From a virus: a stretch of 64,000 bases of DNA. The DNA lies in IMG/VR virus record IMGVR_UViG_3300033153_000868, positions 50,220-114,219 of that record. One strand, given 5' to 3'. The notes under the pieces are model-generated. The model was not told the DNA's origin and searched no databases. It saw only the letters and a program-made list of their open reading frames with translations. Shown here in pieces: positions 61,578 to 64,000 of this stretch (within the stretch, counting starts at the first letter, position 1; each line of letters begins with the position of its first letter). The position numbers and the translations under genes were made by a program.

Positions 61578-62282
61578 TTAATTATTTCTTTCTGCAGCTT
61601 GAGTACCTCTTTGTTGTTGAAACATATTTTCTATATCTCCTGCAATCAATGCAGCTGTATCATCTAAAATTACTTCAACAAGATCATCTTTAAATTGACA
61701 GTTTACATTTGTAGTACTCAATATACCGGTATAAGGATCAATACAACCCTCTACCTGAATAAGCACAGGTTTTTCATAATAAGTCAATATAGGATTAACA
61801 ATGTTAAAACTGCTATTCCTATATATTCTTATTGTATTTCCCAGCATTGTACAAAATGTTTCTCCCCAGTCAAAGTCTGGATTTTTTAAAGGATCCCTTA
61901 ATAACAATGATACATTAGCTTCTTCTGCTAAATAAACTGTCATTGACCTAGGTGTACAACAATCATCTTTTGCTTGAGTGGTTACTTTTTTAAATTCTAA
62001 ATATGTATCTATTGGAAAATTGTTTGATTCAAAATAATCATTTGTCTCAGCTCCAGTAAGAGATAACTCTCTAAGTAAAGGCTGTAAATCATCTATTCTT
62101 TTTTTAGATAGTTCATCACCTTCCTTATACATGTTACCTCCATGAAGATTTCTTCTACACCACTCTATCTGTGCTTTATTAAAAGCCTCAACAAATTGCC
62201 AACATTCTATATTATCATAGTCTTGACTATCAAGCTTATTTAGCCTTTGTTTTAATTTAATTAAGAGTGTACTATTTTCCAT
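61578..62282 (-). CDS. Putative head-tail ring/adaptor protein (crAss gene-74-like)
   Basis: 234 aa. LNKLDSQDY...FNKAQ...E.SKKRIDDLQ.L and LTYYEKP patterns; synteny after the MCP. Confidence 0.6.
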   Translation of the reverse strand: MENSTLLIKLKQRLNKLDSQDYDNIECWQFVEAFNKAQIEWCRRNLHGGNMYKEGDELSKKRIDDLQPLLRELSLTGAETNDYFESNNFPIDTYLEFKKVTTQAKDDCCTPRSMTVYLAEEANVSLLLRDPLKNPDFDWGETFCTMLGNTIRIYRNSSFNIVNPILTYYEKPVLIQVEGCIDPYTGILSTTNVNCQFKDDLVEVILDDTAALIAGDIENMFQQQRGTQAAERNN

Positions 62283-62294
62283 TAGTAATAATAT

Positions 62295-63314
62295 TTATGA
62301 GTTCCAATATGGTTCTACTTTTTCCATCAATGAAAGAAGCTGTTCTTCATTATCAGGTTTCATTAAGAACTCAAGCACTTCTGCTGGTCTTTTACCCATT
62401 CTAATACCACTATCAATAGGTTCAATCCAACCACCTGCTTTTGTTGTTATGAATCTGTAATACAGACCGTCTTTAATTAATGCTCTAATTTTTAATTCTT
62501 CCATTCCTAATTTTGAAACTTCTAAGAATTGACTTGCAGCTCTTTTCTTATTTGACTCTCCACCATTACCGTTTATATATGTATCCATATTTTCATACAT
62601 AATATCATTAGGAGTGTTCTTAGTATACTGCACACTATCTACATCAGTTACTTTAGCCACATACATTAACTTTGTAGGGTTTGTGTCATATAAACTTTGT
62701 AATGCTGATAACGCTTTATTTTTTAATTTTGTTAATTCAGTTCTTGTTGTAAGAGTTTCTTCAACAGTATCTAAATAAAATTTAGGATTATTTTGTGCTC
62801 TTTTTGCTTCTTTTAATGACGCAGCAACAATAGAAAATCCTCCTGCTTTTATTGCATGTAATTTTATTCTGTCATATGGATCTACCTCAGCATCTAAAAA
62901 TACTGGATCATTTCCACATCTTAATTGTATCTTATCCCAAAATTTAGAATTATCAGGTTTCATTATAGTAAGTTTATTCCAAAATTCTTTATCATCTGGA
63001 TCAACTAAATTAGCCGCTAATTCTGCTTCTAGTTCAGAAACAACTTTTCTGATTTCAGCAATTTTCTTTTTCTTTTCTTTTGGAGGTAGCATTTTTACTT
63101 CAGGAGCAAACTCATTTAATCCTGTAACATATCTTTTTACACCATTCATTTCTAAACATGCTAAAGACTCTTGATGAAATACTCCATCATGTAATGCTAA
63201 TCCATATTGTTCTAAACCCATATTTTCCTTGTTTGGATTAAAATAAGGTCTTATAGCAATAGTGCTACTTTTTTTTGTTTGTTGATACTTTTCAACAATT
63301 GTGTAATCTTCCAT
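62295..63314 (-). CDS. Conserved crAss-like protein downstream of the MCP (gene-75-like)
   Basis: 339 aa with a FW..I.L......LD...P.D pattern; synteny. Confidence 0.55.
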   Translation of the reverse strand: MEDYTIVEKYQQTKKSSTIAIRPYFNPNKENMGLEQYGLALHDGVFHQESLACLEMNGVKRYVTGLNEFAPEVKMLPPKEKKKKIAEIRKVVSELEAELAANLVDPDDKEFWNKLTIMKPDNSKFWDKIQLRCGNDPVFLDAEVDPYDRIKLHAIKAGGFSIVAASLKEAKRAQNNPKFYLDTVEETLTTRTELTKLKNKALSALQSLYDTNPTKLMYVAKVTDVDSVQYTKNTPNDIMYENMDTYINGNGGESNKKRAASQFLEVSKLGMEELKIRALIKDGLYYRFITTKAGGWIEPIDSGIRMGKRPAEVLEFLMKPDNEEQLLSLMEKVEPYWNS

Positions 63315-63397
63315 TTTGGTTTTTTTAAAAATTAATAATTATTACTCTAGTCAAATTGTATACTGTAGTATACGCATCTATTATTACTAATATTTCT

Positions 63398-63420
63398 AAA
63401 GCAAGGTTTTACCCTTGCTA
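63398..63420 (-). terminator. Probable weak terminator hairpin after the 87-aa gene
   Basis: Minus strand AGCAAGG-GTAAAA-CCTTGCT followed by only a short T run. Confidence 0.5.
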
Positions 63421-63432
63421 AAGTTTTTGACT

Positions 63433-63696
63433 TTATTGTTGCTCAACTACTGGAATAACAATTTTTAATATGCCTTCTGTATGATATATATCTCCTGTTT
63501 TTAAACCAGCTGCAATTGCTGCAGCATTATCTAAATAAGAACTTGAAACAGCTACATCACGTACCCAAGAAATTACTTCATTTACATGCAGTAGTCTTGC
63601 GTTTCCTGTTTCTGCTCTTGATACACCTTCATAAGCAGGGCTCTCAAATTGTTGCTTCAACTTAGTTATTTGTTTTGGTGCTGCCATGATTGCCAT
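63433..63696 (-). CDS. Small head-decoration / fibre-like protein
   Basis: 87 aa right after the MCP, with the YLDNAAAIAAGL..GDIY.T motif I associate with short phage structural proteins. Confidence 0.5.
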   Translation of the reverse strand: MAIMAAPKQITKLKQQFESPAYEGVSRAETGNARLLHVNEVISWVRDVAVSSSYLDNAAAIAAGLKTGDIYHTEGILKIVIPVVEQQ

Positions 63697-63714
63697 ATTT
63701 ATTAGTTAAAAAAT

Positions 63715-63750
63715 AAAAAAAGGGAGGAGGCATAAACCACCTCCCCTTTT
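63715..63750 (-). terminator. Intrinsic terminator after the major capsid gene
   Basis: Minus strand GGGGAGGTGG-TTTATG-CCTCCTCCC followed by T7. Confidence 0.8.
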
Positions 63751-63763
63751 AATTAAATAGTTC

Positions 63764-64000
63764 TTAGAATGATCCTCCTGTTACAGGGTTTCTCATTACA
63801 ATTTTAAGAACTTTAGTTGGATCCTTAACCCATATAGCTGGCATGGTCTGAGTCATATAAACTCTATATCCATTGAACTGACCAGTAGAAGCAAATCCTT
63901 GAGTTCTTCCCATGTAGTCCATAGTACCATTTTGGTAGAACCACTTAAGTTGATTATCCCAAGAAAGTTTCAACAAGTGAATGTTGTCATTTCCTTCATC
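63764..64000 (-). CDS. Major capsid protein, C-terminal end (5'-truncated by the window)
   Basis: Frame is open to the window edge (DEGNDNIHLLKL...). It ends GYRVYM...AIWVKDPTKVLKI, like HK97-fold crAss-like MCP C-termini, and is followed by a strong terminator. Confidence 0.75.
   Translation of the reverse strand, partial: DEGNDNIHLLKLSWDNQLKWFYQNGTMDYMGRTQGFASTGQFNGYRVYMTQTMPAIWVKDPTKVLKIVMRNPVTGGSF

Noticed and set aside
636-61889. Numerous plus-strand ORFs of 60-170 aa in the ORF track (for example 636-1046, 6881-7306, 13637-14149, 51686-52192)
   Set aside because: All lie antisense to long, motif-bearing minus-strand genes and have the Ser/Leu/Phe-rich composition of shadow frames.
1-64000. 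Stop-codon reassignment, as found in some crAss-like phages
   Set aside because: Genes up to 13.8 kb are open in the standard code and tile the window densely. The TGA at 55440 is followed by an in-frame TAA, so readthrough would not explain that break.
1-64000. tRNA genes, CRISPR arrays, IS elements
   Set aside because: Intergenic gaps are short and largely explained by terminators and promoters. I saw no cloverleaf, spaced direct repeats or transposase. Not verified with software.

Overview
An AT-rich phage genome segment with the gene content and order of a crAss-like (Crassvirales-type) podovirus. Promoter elements and A-rich, Shine-Dalgarno-less start contexts point to a Bacteroidota, probably Flavobacteriaceae, host. 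The first ~580 bp (+ strand) end the replication/nucleotide module: the 3' end of ribonucleotide reductase alpha and a small membrane protein. Everything else is one minus-strand virion module, read from right to left. It runs: major capsid protein C-terminus; conserved crAss-like head/ring genes; Cys-rich, FN3, vWA and collagen fibre genes; a metallophosphoesterase; an IHF-like gene; two ring/tail-tube genes; a 2095-aa tail stabilization protein carrying a vWA insertion; six giant putative ejected (cargo) proteins; and a holin. The cargo set includes a 4607-aa virion RNA polymerase (DFDID motif plus zincin) and a 2028-aa cell-wall-enzyme polyprotein. The standard genetic code is used, and I saw no tRNA, CRISPR array or mobile element. 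Four observations stand out. (1) About 21 copies of an x-[AKYF]-[QKE]-x-G-G-E-like motif punctuate three adjacent cargo proteins at domain boundaries, suggesting a polyprotein processing or packaging code. (2) About 11,600 aa of cargo are almost Cys-free, yet the RNAP keeps one Cys at its extreme C-terminus and the next giant protein keeps one at its extreme N-terminus, a possible head-to-tail disulfide chain. (3) A CCC-UGA +1 frameshift site could join two fibre ORFs. (4) A recurrent TGTATATTA intergenic motif is a candidate phage promoter. All family assignments are from motif recognition by eye; no database search was run.
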